From NCBI GenBank assembly GCA_963753345.1, contig CAVWBU010000047.1, positions 64,001-128,000 on the forward strand: a DNA stretch of 64,000 nucleotides, given 5' to 3'. Shown here piece after piece: positions 33,652 through 44,420 of the stretch. Numbering within the stretch: the stretch's first letter is position 1; each line of letters starts with the position of its first letter. Source of the stretch: an uncultured Fibrobacterota bacterium (lineage in GTDB: Bacteria; Fibrobacterota; Chitinivibrionia; Chitinivibrionales; FEN-1185). The notes below the pieces were generated by a model. That model made no database searches. It worked only from the letters and a program-made list of their open reading frames with translations, and was not told the DNA's origin. A program made the translations under genes and the position numbers.

Positions 33652-33789
33652 AGCGGGGGAGGTTTCCCCCTCGCTCCAGCCTCCTCGGCCTGCGGCCTGC
33701 GGTGTCTTACGCTACCCCCTCCTGGGTGCACCCCTAGAAAGATTAGTTGCAAGAATCAATCTTTGGTTGTGGGGGCACCCGCGGAGAGC
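33652..33789 (-). repeat. Family B element B2 (right inverted repeat of the TPR gene)
   Basis: Inverted copy of 29015-29150. Confidence 0.9.
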
Positions 33790-33859
33790 GGGGGAATAAC
33801 AGCCACATTGACCATCGAAGTATCACCTAACCATAGTCTATACGGCAACATCCTCCCGG

Positions 33860-34016
33860 AACCCCACTCACCCACTACAATCCTATTTTTCTTCATTGTC
33901 AAATTCCCCTCGCTTTGCATTCTTTTCATCAATCTTGAAAATGTCTCGCTTGCCGCGCCGATCGCCTGCGCGATGTCCTTCAAAGAAATGTTCATGTGAC
34001 TCCGGATATTCTGCAA
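33860..34016 (-). pseudogene. Crp/Fnr-family HTH remnant
   Basis: ISLKDIAQAIGAASETFSRLMKRMQSEG matches the Crp HTH; no cNMP domain. Confidence 0.6.
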
Positions 34017-34097
34017 TCTTGATAAGACAGCGCGTGCATTTTGAGTATTTTATAGGTCGGTCACTACGTTCACGTTCGGCGGGCAGGTAACCGGTTC

Positions 34098-34985
34098 ATG
34101 AAAACATCATCCATTCTCGAGCTCATCGGCAACACGCCGCTTGTCGGCCTCAGGGGCGAACTCGTGGTTGCCAAAGCGGAATTCCTCAATCCCGGCGGCA
34201 GCATCAAGGACAGAATTGCGCTTGCCATGATCGAGACCGCGGAAAAAGACGGCTCGCTTGTTAAGGGCGCAAAGATCGTGGAACCCACGTCGGGCAACAC
34301 CGGCATCGGCATCACCATGGTGGGCGTGGCAAAGGGATACGAGGTGTACATTTTCATGCCGGAGGGGATGAGCCAGGAGCGCAAGAATATCATCCGCGTG
34401 CTGGGCGGCACGCTTATGCTCACGCCCGACGCTGAGGGCGTGGCGGGCGCGGTAAGCGCAGCGGAAAAATTCGCCAAGGAAAACAACGCGTTCGTGCCCA
34501 ACCAATTCAAGAACCCGGCGAACCCGCGGGTGCACTACGAAACCACGGCTCCCGAGCTCTGGCGTCAGACCGGGGGCGACATCGGCGCGTTTGTTTCCGG
34601 TATCGGGAGCGGCGGGACGCTTCAGGGCGTAGGAACATTCCTGAAGGAAAAAAACAAGGATGTCATCCTTGTGGCCGTGGAGCCCGCCAACAAATCCGCG
34701 CTGCTGGGCCACGAGCCGGGCCTGCACGCTATTCAGGGCATCGGCGACGGATTCATTCCGGACGTGCTCGATGTTTCCATTGTGGACAGAATTGTCGAAG
34801 TGACCGACGATGATGCAATAGGTACCACGCGGGAATTGGCGAAATCAAATTCTTTGCTTGTGGGAACCTCGTCCGGCGCCAACGTGTGGGCGGCCAGGAA
34901 GATTGCGAGAGAAAATCCCGGCCTCTTCGTGGCGACCGTACTGCCGGACAGGGCGGAACGGTATTTCAGCACAGGCCTGTTGTAG
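34098..34985 (+). CDS. cysK: Cysteine synthase
   Basis: IGNTPLV, NPGGSIKDRIA, EPTSGNTG, GSGGT, HAIQGIG, ERYFST. Confidence 0.95.
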   Translation: MKTSSILELIGNTPLVGLRGELVVAKAEFLNPGGSIKDRIALAMIETAEKDGSLVKGAKIVEPTSGNTGIGITMVGVAKGYEVYIFMPEGMSQERKNIIRVLGGTLMLTPDAEGVAGAVSAAEKFAKENNAFVPNQFKNPANPRVHYETTAPELWRQTGGDIGAFVSGIGSGGTLQGVGTFLKEKNKDVILVAVEPANKSALLGHEPGLHAIQGIGDGFIPDVLDVSIVDRIVEVTDDDAIGTTRELAKSNSLLVGTSSGANVWAARKIARENPGLFVATVLPDRAERYFSTGLL

Positions 34986-35451
34986 CTCGCCGCATTTGTT
35001 CTTCTCATTTGTGCGGCTTGTTGACCTCAGGTTCCGCAGACCACGGTAATCACCTGAAATACAATCAGTAACATTGGCGGAAAAATCAAGACGCATCCTT
35101 CTTCGGGGTGACCACGCCTCACTGCGGCATTATTTTCTTATTCTTGAAATTCCTGAATTGCTTTCCTAATATTGATGAGAAATAGTGGTTCTTCCAGGAT
35201 ATCGCACAGGATTTGCTTTAGAAAAGGATGCCTGATGTGTTCTGTAGGACCTCAACTCCAAAACAAACCACTGGATCTGCTCCTTTGCGCATGGGCACAC
35301 CCTTGAGGATGTTCTAATGGCAGTAATCAATTTTCATTGGCTCCCTCATCATATATTGATTATATTTTACTGCAAGAGGGCAGCCGCATAAGAATCGTTC
35401 ATTTATGCGGATAAGCCGTGATGGTGTTTCGTTGCGAAAGGAGAGTACGAG

Positions 35452-37797
35452 GTGAACAAGATTTTCCAGACCGTCGCCAAAGCAACCCCGGTAATGATGG
35501 TTCTCGCGTTGTTCTGCTCCAATCCGGTAAAGGATGTTGCATGGCGCACCAGCATCGACCTGCCCATTACGGCCAACAAAAAATTCATTCTCGCCGCAAT
35601 GATGGACACCCTTTTCTTCAATAAACAGCAGGTGCTGACAACCACCACCTACGACACCATCAAGGTGCCGGGGAAGCCGGACAGTATCGCGAAGATCATC
35701 GACACCACTATGATGATTATGAAGGCATACCCTTTATATGATTCGGCAACCAAGAAGACCATACCGGACACTGTCGCTTTCGGCATTCCCACCCGGGACA
35801 CGGTGCAGGACACGATCAGTGAAGACAGCCTGGCGGACAAATACTATTCGGACCTTTTCGGCCCCCTTCCACTGTCCGGAGCTCCCAACGACACCATAAC
35901 GGTTCCGTTGACAGGCAACTACACCGCCAACACTCAGATCGCCACGCCGGCAACGCCAGTGACGCTCCAATTGGTGTATCATATCGAGCTCAAAGACACT
36001 CCCCAGACCGCGAATGTGACGGTCGTCAACAATTCTTCTGCAGATTTTGGCAGTGTTGCCATTACCGCAGGCAACCTTGGCACATCCACGGTAACCAATT
36101 TGGCGCACAACACAAGCGATACCGCACAATTCGATGCACGCGCCAAGATAATAGACAGCGTGATGATGGTGTCGGTTACCGTCACCCCTTCCACAACCGG
36201 GTCATTTGCCGCCGGAGGCACCGACAACCTGCAGGTCATCCTTTCGTTTAACGGCCTTGTTGCAAACAAGGTGGTGGCGAAGGATTCTCTGCTTGTCAAT
36301 TATCACCGCGTCTTTACAAATGCTTATAAGCTTACCGACACCGTGAGCGTGTACTACATCGATATCCTGAAGGGGTTTTTCAACTACCTGGTCACCAACA
36401 ATACTAGCCTTGAGTTGAATATGCTGGTAAACCACAGAAACCTGTGGACCACCGATTACGCCGCACGCCATATTCCTCCTCTCGATTCGGTGGCCGGCCT
36501 TGTCGGCCTTACCCTCAACGATTCCAATGAAGGATACGAGGGAGCAATCACGCCTCAAGTAGTCGTCATTCCGCCCAACCAGACCGCCAAGGTGACCTCC
36601 AAGGAAAACCTGTCCGGCTACCGGATGTTTCCGGAATGGGAATGGAATACCTACGATAACGATAGTGAATCGGTGACAAAAGTCGACTACGACATCACTG
36701 TAGCTGCGCACGGAACACGGGTGACGCTCAATGCGGGCGACTCGCTCAATTTCATTATTCGTACAACGTCGTTCAAGTTCGACAAGATGTACGGCGTGTC
36801 CATGCTTCCCTACCACAGAAAGAGCGATCCCAAGAACATCCCCGTCTCGCTTCCCTGGAGCAAGTCCGTCACGGATTCGCTGCGCAATAATTTTATTCTC
36901 CAGAGAGTCCTTGCAAAAGTGACGACGAACATGAACATCCCCGCCGGAGCGTACATCGACACCATGCACGTCTATTACACTATCTCCAGCACCACCGACA
37001 CTACCAAAACCGTCTCGGATTCGGAAATCTTCTCCCCGGTGACGCGAGATTCTACGTACGTGCGGTCCCTCGACATTACCCAGGTGGTCAATAACTATCC
37101 CGATTCGGTGAGGATAAAAGTCTCGGCCACGGTCCCCAACGCCACAACTCTGATGGCGGTAAACGATCTTACCGTGCCGACGGATGCCGATTACACCAAA
37201 TATGTGGGACGGATGATCATCCACGCACAGGCGAACTATAACCTGGTGGCTGCTCTCTGGTGGACGGTTGCCGACACCACGGTGATGGACCTCGGCGGCA
37301 CAAGGGTCGATCTGGGCGGCGCAGGCGGCGTGCTCGATTTCGTTGAGAAAATGCGCGACCGTCACGACAGCCTCAACATCAAGGTCACCAATTTCACCAA
37401 CGTGGACCTCAAATTGTACTCTCTCATCGCCACCGATACGTCCAAAATAGCTGCGCTCGTGGACACCAATAATGCGGGCTACATATCCACCAACGACTTT
37501 ACTGCTCTCATCAACAACCCGACGGCTGGCTTTGTCAACCTTCTCGGCAGCGGCGTGTGGATTCCGCCGAGAGATTCCACCCAATCCGTGGAGAACACCA
37601 TTCGCATAAACGACGCGGACCTTACCAAGCTTGTGAATGCCAAAAAAATCGGCATGCGCTGGGAAGTGCGGTTTTTGCCCCATCCCGCAACTGCCACGTC
37701 GCCGGTGCCGGACGCGCTCTCCAACACCGATTGGCTCAAGCTCAATTCCTGGATTCATGTAGACGGGGTCAACAGCATTGATTCGCTGTTACAATAG
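35452..37797 (+). CDS. Large beta-rich (Thr/Asn/Val) putative surface lipoprotein
   Basis: 781 aa, AAGGAG RBS, GTG start, LALFC lipobox-like sequence. Confidence 0.75.
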   Translation: MNKIFQTVAKATPVMMVLALFCSNPVKDVAWRTSIDLPITANKKFILAAMMDTLFFNKQQVLTTTTYDTIKVPGKPDSIAKIIDTTMMIMKAYPLYDSATKKTIPDTVAFGIPTRDTVQDTISEDSLADKYYSDLFGPLPLSGAPNDTITVPLTGNYTANTQIATPATPVTLQLVYHIELKDTPQTANVTVVNNSSADFGSVAITAGNLGTSTVTNLAHNTSDTAQFDARAKIIDSVMMVSVTVTPSTTGSFAAGGTDNLQVILSFNGLVANKVVAKDSLLVNYHRVFTNAYKLTDTVSVYYIDILKGFFNYLVTNNTSLELNMLVNHRNLWTTDYAARHIPPLDSVAGLVGLTLNDSNEGYEGAITPQVVVIPPNQTAKVTSKENLSGYRMFPEWEWNTYDNDSESVTKVDYDITVAAHGTRVTLNAGDSLNFIIRTTSFKFDKMYGVSMLPYHRKSDPKNIPVSLPWSKSVTDSLRNNFILQRVLAKVTTNMNIPAGAYIDTMHVYYTISSTTDTTKTVSDSEIFSPVTRDSTYVRSLDITQVVNNYPDSVRIKVSATVPNATTLMAVNDLTVPTDADYTKYVGRMIIHAQANYNLVAALWWTVADTTVMDLGGTRVDLGGAGGVLDFVEKMRDRHDSLNIKVTNFTNVDLKLYSLIATDTSKIAALVDTNNAGYISTNDFTALINNPTAGFVNLLGSGVWIPPRDSTQSVENTIRINDADLTKLVNAKKIGMRWEVRFLPHPATATSPVPDALSNTDWLKLNSWIHVDGVNSIDSLLQ

Positions 37798-37861
37798 CAA
37801 CCATTGGGATTTTCGACGCGCCCTTAAAGGCAACAGACCGATAGAAAGAGGTGCATGGGTA

Positions 37862-40309
37862 ATGAACTCCGCACAAAAGCTGGCAATCGCTATTTTGTTC
37901 GCTGCGCCGGTTATCACGCTTGCAGCCGTAGACAACAACCCCATAAGCGCCGGAACCACCACGGGCCGCAACGTAACAGGGAGCGGTCCTGAGGCCACGT
38001 TTGGGAACCCGGCCCTGCTCGGATGCGACCGCAATCCATGGGGCGGATTGCTCCTCCTCCCCATCACCGATTACGGCATGGGCCTCTGGAGCGACAAGCT
38101 GGCCCTTTCGCCTTTCACCTTCCTGGGGCACGTGCCCACCGACTCGGCAAGCACCAAGGAGTTTATCAAGGAGGTGATGGCCAACAGCTTCAACCTTTCC
38201 GACAACACAACGCCCGACCAAACCTCCCAGAAAATGACTGACCTGTTCAAGGGCGGGACATCAATCTACAGCGGCTTCCGCACATCCCTCCTGTCCTTCG
38301 CTTACAGAAGGATTGCGTTCGACGTCACCACGCACATGGACGAGGAACTGCACATCCCCGAAGGGGCGCTTGATCTGCTTTTTTCCGCGACCAGGGGCCT
38401 TCAGCGCGGCAATACGCTTGACTTCAGCGACTTTAATCAGGATGGAATCTGGGCCACCGATTTTACTCTGCAGCTCGGCCTGCCGGTCACCATTCCGGCC
38501 TTGCATAAATTTTTCAACCTGCGGTACGGCGCGGGCGGCGTGGGCGTCAAATATGTAATGGGACACAGCATGATGCAGGCATGGGCGGATAAGGGCACAA
38601 CCGTCTCCTACGATTCCGTCAACAATGTCCTCAAGATGGACGGCCATATTCACGTGCAGAGCGCCGGCACAGGGCTGCACGGGCCATGGGAATGGCAGAA
38701 CCCTTTTGACAACGGTTTTCCCGTAAACGGCCACGGCATAGGCGTCGACGCTGGCGGCATCCTCTACGACAAGGACGCTGCTCTGTCAATTAATATTCAG
38801 AACTTAGGCGTTCTGTTCTGGACCAACAATGTCAAGGCGCATACCTACGATTTCAAAAAAGACAACCTTGACATGTACAGCCTTATCAGCGGAATAAGCT
38901 CGAAAGGCAAGGGCGACAGTGCGATCTATTCTCTTTTCGACAGAAACGCCGGTGAAAATTTCCCCACATACAGCGACTCCCTCAGCAATCCTCCCAGCGC
39001 GATCACCACGTGGCTGCCGCTTACTCTCAATATCGGCTATGCGCGGATTTTCGATTTCCGGAAAGCCGACAACAAGAAACTGTACATCTTGGCCGATTAC
39101 GCCAATGTTGCCGTCAATTACGAGCAGGAGCTCACCCCCGGACCCGGCCGCTCTTACATACCGCGTCTCTCCATCGGCTCGGAACTGGCGTTTCTCCACA
39201 ACTTCTGGCCTTTGCGAATGGGATTCGTGATGGGAGGACCGGAGCAATGGGCGTCGGCCCTCGGCATGGGATTCAATTTCCGGTATTTCTCGATCCAGGG
39301 AGCGTATAAAGCCATCGGCAACTGGTGGTTCACGCCCACGCGCGGGTTCGAAGTGGCGGCGGGCCTCAACATCAATTGGGGCGTCAAGCCGAAACCCGAG
39401 CCGGTGGCGCCAAAACCCCAGCCGGTGGTGAGCAAGTGCCTGTTTACTCCTCCTGCAGGGTTTACCGGCATGCTTGACAAAGACGGATGCCCTGACCCGG
39501 ACGTGGACAAAGACAGCCTCTGCGATCCATGGGTTTCCGAGTTGCACAAGGACTCTCTCTACGCAAAGGTATGCCACGGCGTCGACAAGTGCCCGAACGC
39601 GCCGGAAGACTACGACGGTTTCCAGGACAAAGACGGCTGCCCGGATTACGACAACGATCAGGACGGCATTCCTGATACGCTTGACAAATGCCCGAACGAG
39701 CCAGAAGACATAGACGGGTTCGAAGACCAGGACGGGTGCCCGGACTACGACAACGACAAGGACGGCATCCCGGACACGCTCGACAAATGTCCGAACGAGC
39801 CAGAAACATACAACGGCTACAAGGACGACGACGGCTGCCCGGACACGCTGCCCAAGCCCACGGTGAAGGAAGAGAAGGCGCTCAACAAGGCGCTGCGCGC
39901 GATCAACTTCAAGACAGCGAGCGCCGAACTCACCACCGATTCGTACACGGCGCTCATGCAGATCGCGGCCTTCCTCAAACAGTATCCGTACCTGCGGTAC
40001 GAGGTGCAGGGCCATACCGATTCTCGCGGCAACGACAACTACAACCTCCTGCTCTCCGCGGCACGCGCCGGGTCGGTGAGGTTCTACCTTGTCGGCCAGC
40101 AGGGCATCCCGGATTCGACTCTCATCGCCATCGGGTACGGCAAGACGCGACCTATTGCCACGAACAGCACGGCTCAGGGTCGCGCGCTTAACCGCCGCGT
40201 GGAGTTCAAGGTGATCGACACCAAGGAAGACTACCAGAGGCTCAAGCTCCTTGAGGCCGATTTCAAGGACAGGGTGAAGGCGGCGCAGATCAAGGGCGTC
40301 AAGTACTAG
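37862..40309 (+). CDS. Outer-membrane barrel (DUF5723-like) + TSP3 Ca-binding repeats + OmpA peptidoglycan-binding domain
   Basis: Signal peptide, GNPALL, barrel strands; repeated DKCPNEPED.DGF.D.DGCPD; INFKTAS, VQGHTD, LSAARA, NRRVEF. Confidence 0.88.
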   Translation: MNSAQKLAIAILFAAPVITLAAVDNNPISAGTTTGRNVTGSGPEATFGNPALLGCDRNPWGGLLLLPITDYGMGLWSDKLALSPFTFLGHVPTDSASTKEFIKEVMANSFNLSDNTTPDQTSQKMTDLFKGGTSIYSGFRTSLLSFAYRRIAFDVTTHMDEELHIPEGALDLLFSATRGLQRGNTLDFSDFNQDGIWATDFTLQLGLPVTIPALHKFFNLRYGAGGVGVKYVMGHSMMQAWADKGTTVSYDSVNNVLKMDGHIHVQSAGTGLHGPWEWQNPFDNGFPVNGHGIGVDAGGILYDKDAALSINIQNLGVLFWTNNVKAHTYDFKKDNLDMYSLISGISSKGKGDSAIYSLFDRNAGENFPTYSDSLSNPPSAITTWLPLTLNIGYARIFDFRKADNKKLYILADYANVAVNYEQELTPGPGRSYIPRLSIGSELAFLHNFWPLRMGFVMGGPEQWASALGMGFNFRYFSIQGAYKAIGNWWFTPTRGFEVAAGLNINWGVKPKPEPVAPKPQPVVSKCLFTPPAGFTGMLDKDGCPDPDVDKDSLCDPWVSELHKDSLYAKVCHGVDKCPNAPEDYDGFQDKDGCPDYDNDQDGIPDTLDKCPNEPEDIDGFEDQDGCPDYDNDKDGIPDTLDKCPNEPETYNGYKDDDGCPDTLPKPTVKEEKALNKALRAINFKTASAELTTDSYTALMQIAAFLKQYPYLRYEVQGHTDSRGNDNYNLLLSAARAGSVRFYLVGQQGIPDSTLIAIGYGKTRPIATNSTAQGRALNRRVEFKVIDTKEDYQRLKLLEADFKDRVKAAQIKGVKY

Positions 40310-40337
40310 AAAGCAACCGCCCGGTCGCGGCGGAACC

Positions 40338-40371
40338 AGGGGGAGAGGTGCAATGCACCTCTCCCCCTTTT
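40338..40371 (+). terminator. Intrinsic terminator
   Basis: AGGGGGAGAGGTGC-AAT-GCACCTCTCCCCCT plus TTT. Confidence 0.8.
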
Positions 40372-40478
40372 CATTTATACTTGCCGATCGACAGCGATGC
40401 AAACCAAGCGAGGTGCCGTGCAATCGGGCGAGCCGCATTGTATTTTTTCAGCAGAACCAAAATCACGCGGAGGACAGG

Positions 40479-41069
40479 ATGAACATTTCAGCGTTCCGGG
40501 CAATTGCCGTCTCTATGGCCCTGTTTTCCGCCGCTTCGCTCGCGGCGGAGGCGGGCGCGCCGGTGCAGATCGAACCGACCATCCAGAACTATTCAAAGCT
40601 CTTCACTCAAAAGCTTTCCAAGAAATTCTTCGTGGGCGATGTTATTGACAAAAGAAAGAACGCCGGAGCGGATTCGGTGGGCGCCACCCGCACCGGACGA
40701 TTCGAAATGTCGCCCCTGCGGTGCAAACCCCTGCCGAGCGCGATACTCCAACAATCGCTCACGGGAATGTTTCGCGAGCTCGGAGCCCTGGCCGAAGACG
40801 GGAAAGGCGCGGATTTTCTGGTGAATGCGGAATTGCTGGAATATGGCCTGGAGGAAACCAACAAGGTGTTTTCGCAGCAGATCAAGGCGACCATCAAGTT
40901 CCGCGTCATGATCAAGACCGCGGCGTCGGGCGCACTTGTCAACCAATTCGTGATACGGGCCGAAGATTCCCGCTCGGCAATGGACACCACGCCTTTTGCG
41001 GTGAAGGTTGCCGCAAATGCTATGGTGTCGGGCCTACAGAGCCTGCTTGAAAGCCTCGCTACGCTGTAA
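40479..41069 (+). CDS. Secreted protein, YajG-like
   Basis: GGAGG RBS, signal peptide, VIDKR motif and alpha/beta pattern. Confidence 0.6.
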   Translation: MNISAFRAIAVSMALFSAASLAAEAGAPVQIEPTIQNYSKLFTQKLSKKFFVGDVIDKRKNAGADSVGATRTGRFEMSPLRCKPLPSAILQQSLTGMFRELGALAEDGKGADFLVNAELLEYGLEETNKVFSQQIKATIKFRVMIKTAASGALVNQFVIRAEDSRSAMDTTPFAVKVAANAMVSGLQSLLESLATL

Positions 41070-41072
41070 CTA

Positions 41073-42284
41073 CTATCCTGTCACTGAAATGGCCCCGCGC
41101 AGCGCCGAAACCGGCTGCGCAGGCCCTGCCTGGATGATCGCGCGGGCGGCGTCGCATTTGTCCCAGACGTTAAACAGAAGCACGCCGACGCACCTGTTGT
41201 TCTTCACGTAATAGATAACGCCCTTTTCGTGTTCCTTCTGCCAGTCTTCAATCGTGTCGAAAGAAGGATTGACGTCGCCCACCGCCTCATAACCGTATTC
41301 AAACAAATCCGAGAAGAAATACGGCATGTGTGCGTAAGCCTCCTGCGCGCCCGCCATGTTCCGGCCTGCGAGGCGTCCCTGGGATACGGCGTTGTCCCAA
41401 TGCTCCACGCGCATGAGCGAGGAGAGGGCGTGATACGGAAAACGCGCCACGTCTCCCGCGGCATAAACGTCCGGATCGGACGTCTGCAGATGCTCGTTGA
41501 CGACAATGCCGTTGTCGCACAAAAGCCCGGCGCGTTCCGCGATTTCGCTCGACGGCCGCATTCCGATGCCGGCAATAATGCAGTCGGTGGCTATTGCTTC
41601 CCCCCGGAGCGTCCTGGCCGCGGGCCGCGCGCCGGTCAAGTCAAAACCCAGAGGTTTATCTTCCGTCAACATCCTGATCCCGGCGCGCGCGAAGCGGGCA
41701 AGCACCGCCTTTCCAAGCGAGGCGGGAAAAACCGATGCGCACGGATATCGTTCGGGAAACACCATGGTGACGCCCACGCCGCAGGCAGACAGGACCGCGG
41801 CCATCTCGGAGCCTATGAACCCTCCGCCCGCGACGACGACCGATTTTCCGGGCACAAGCTCCTTCTTGAGGCTCACGTAGTCGTCCAAGTACCGATAGTA
41901 ATTGATGCCCGCCTGACCGCCGGAAAAAGTCCGGGGCGTTCCGCCGGTGGCGATGAGCAGCGAGGTATACGAATACACGGCTCCGCTTGCGCACGCAACG
42001 GTCTTGTTGCGTGCGTCAAGCTTTTCGGCCGGGTTGCCGTTAACAAGGGAGACCCCGTTGTCCTCGTAGTAGCCGACCGGATTTACGAAGATGTCGCCGA
42101 CGGCCTTCTTGCCGAGCCAGAGCCCCTTGGAAAGCGGGGGCCGGTGATACGGAAGGTGGGGTTCGCTGCACAGCAGAAGAATGGTGCCGCTTTTGTCAAC
42201 GTCCCTGATGCCGGCAATCGCAGACGCGCCCGCAACCCCGCCGCCGACAATTATGTACGTAAAGAAGTTTTCGTTGGTCGCCAC
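41073..42284 (-). CDS. FAD-dependent pyridine nucleotide-disulfide oxidoreductase (ferredoxin reductase-like)
   Basis: IVGGGVAG, PYHRPPLSK, IATGG, GGGFIGSE, TSDPDVYAAGD, RVEHW, PYFFSD. Confidence 0.92.
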   Translation of the reverse strand: MATNENFFTYIIVGGGVAGASAIAGIRDVDKSGTILLLCSEPHLPYHRPPLSKGLWLGKKAVGDIFVNPVGYYEDNGVSLVNGNPAEKLDARNKTVACASGAVYSYTSLLIATGGTPRTFSGGQAGINYYRYLDDYVSLKKELVPGKSVVVAGGGFIGSEMAAVLSACGVGVTMVFPERYPCASVFPASLGKAVLARFARAGIRMLTEDKPLGFDLTGARPAARTLRGEAIATDCIIAGIGMRPSSEIAERAGLLCDNGIVVNEHLQTSDPDVYAAGDVARFPYHALSSLMRVEHWDNAVSQGRLAGRNMAGAQEAYAHMPYFFSDLFEYGYEAVGDVNPSFDTIEDWQKEHEKGVIYYVKNNRCVGVLLFNVWDKCDAARAIIQAGPAQPVSALRGAISVTG

Positions 42285-42397
42285 TGCTCGCCTCCTTATT
42301 GGCTATCTACGCAGGAAAACGCACCGCAGGCAAAATAACGGATGCAGACACGCAGAAGGTTTACCCCCGGGGCGGCCGCTCCGCCAGGCACGGTCCT

Positions 42398-43435
42398 TTA
42401 CCGGTACACGGTCCTGTTGCTGCACAGCATGCCGTAGGCATCGGTGCAGCAGGAGCATGCATCGGGAACCTTTGCGGCCTTATGCATTGCCCTGAACGAC
42501 GAATAGTCCCTGCCGAACCAGACTCTCCTTGCATCGTCCTTCAGGATATTGCCGAACACCACGGGTTCGGTGCGCTGCTGTTTGTCAAACAGGAAAAACG
42601 ATGTCGTTACGGAAAGGTAATCGCAGGGACAGACATTGCCCCTGATGTCGACAAACAGTTCGAGGCACTGCCGGCATCCCAGCCGTTCGGGCCGCATCCG
42701 CGGAAGATGGAGCGTCTGTCCGTTGCGCCGGGCCCGCGCAATCGCCTCGCGGAAAACCGCCTCGGCGCTCGGGTTGCCCTCTTCGCGGTACAGCGCCAGC
42801 TGCGCCAGTTCTTTGGAAAAACACAGCAGGTTGGAGACGAACACGGTTTTCACGCCGAGCGAGTTGACAAAATCCACATACTGCGGGAATTCTCCTATGT
42901 TGTCCCGGTGGGCCACGAACACGGTCTTGATCGCGCTGCGCGGAAGCCCGCTCCCAAGGTCCTTGATGGTCTGCACGGTGCGTTCAAACGACGAGCCGGT
43001 CTTGAACGCCTCCACGGTCTCCTTGTTCACGCCGTCCAGCGACACCACCACTTCGGGCACGGCAAACTTCGACAGCATGGCAACGGTGTCGCTGGCAAAG
43101 CTGTTGCCGTTGGTGTAGACGGGAAACCGTACCTTCGGATTGATCGCCAGCACGTGCTCCATCATCCGGAAAATGTCTTTGTTGAGCAGCGCCTCGAACC
43201 CGGAGAAGAAAAAGTATTCTGCGCGCTCGACAAAGGGCCGTATCCGCTCCACCCGGCGCGCAAATTCCTCAAAATCAATTGTTCCCCGGGGCCCATCCGG
43301 AATGTCGGTGCCGAACTGGTTGAGAAAGCAGTGCCGGCACTTGAGGTTGCAGCCGGACACGGTCTGAAGGATAATCGACGAAGGATAGCCGAAAATCTTG
43401 CGGTCAATGAAGCGCTTGAGTCTGACGGGAAGCAT
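42398..43435 (-). CDS. Radical SAM protein with SPASM/twitch domain
   Basis: CNLKCRHC; C-terminal GC...GNVCPC...FGNI...CSCC. Confidence 0.9.
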   Translation of the reverse strand: MLPVRLKRFIDRKIFGYPSSIILQTVSGCNLKCRHCFLNQFGTDIPDGPRGTIDFEEFARRVERIRPFVERAEYFFFSGFEALLNKDIFRMMEHVLAINPKVRFPVYTNGNSFASDTVAMLSKFAVPEVVVSLDGVNKETVEAFKTGSSFERTVQTIKDLGSGLPRSAIKTVFVAHRDNIGEFPQYVDFVNSLGVKTVFVSNLLCFSKELAQLALYREEGNPSAEAVFREAIARARRNGQTLHLPRMRPERLGCRQCLELFVDIRGNVCPCDYLSVTTSFFLFDKQQRTEPVVFGNILKDDARRVWFGRDYSSFRAMHKAAKVPDACSCCTDAYGMLCSNRTVYR

Positions 43436-43602
43436 TTATTCTTACTCCGAATGTGCCGGTGCAGTCAAAATAGTTGATGAAACCGGGCTGCAATACGCCT
43501 GATTCTTCCGGAAGTTATATCGGGAAATGGATTCTTGCTTCGGGGGGAGAGATATGATCGATGATCATACCATATTTTTCTCTGCGGCTGGATTCTTCAT
43601 TG

Positions 43603-44383
43603 TCAAGCACCTTCGCCTCGTAATTCCCTAATCAGTTTCCCCGGGTCCTTCGTCCTCATCAGCGACTCCCCCACCAGCAGCGCCGAAACTCCTGCCTTGT
43701 AAAGCATGGCCGCCTGGTCCGCGTTTTCTATGCCGCTTTCGGAAACAAGCACCATGTCCCTGGGTACGTGAGGAGCGATGGCAAGCGTGGCGGCAACATT
43801 CGTCTCAAAAGTGGCGAGGTCGCGGTTGTTGACGCCGATGCAGGAGGGAAGCGGTGAAAGCGAAAGCACGCGGTCGAGTTCGCTGGCGTTGCGCACCTCA
43901 AAAAGAATGTCGAGCCCCTGTTCGCGTCCCGCGCAGTACAGTTCGTCAAGCTGGCCGCGCGACAGCGCGGCGACGATGAGCAGCATGGCGTCGGCGTTCA
44001 TGGCGGCGGTCTGGAGAACCTGGACCGGGTCGATGATGAAATCCTTGCGCAGCACCGCTCAGCGGCGCCGCGTTTCTGGCGGTCTCGAGGCAGGCCTGCG
44101 ATCCCTGGAAAAATTTTTCGTCGGTGAGCACCGACAGGGCCGCCGCCCCGGCCGCATGGTATTTCTTTGCGATGGCCGCAGGGTCGAATTCCCGCGCTAT
44201 AACGCCCTTGCTGGGAGACGCCTTTTTGATTTCCGCGATAACGGCCGGCCCGCCTTCGCGGCGCAGCGCCTTGACAAACGGCCTCCTGTCGCCGGTTCGT
44301 CCCGAAAACCGACCGCGCTCCCTGCGCAGACGGCGCACTTCCTCTGTTTTCGCCGCGATAATGGTGTCGAGGATCGAAGGCAT
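43603..44383 (-). CDS. trpC: Indole-3-glycerol phosphate synthase; frameshift near 44058
   Basis: [43 protein letters not shown]. Confidence 0.95.
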
Positions 44384-44420
44384 ACTGGCCCGGTTTATTT
44401 GCGAAGGAAAAAACGCTCCG

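Noticed and set aside
35140-35340. Possible ncRNA or small gene between cysK and the lipoprotein
   Set aside because: Only broken minus-strand ORF pieces and no recognisable RNA motif; may be a gene remnant but cannot be supported.
39580-39850. Tandem ~99-bp DNA repeats
   Set aside because: Explained by the TSP3 protein repeats of the OmpA fusion.
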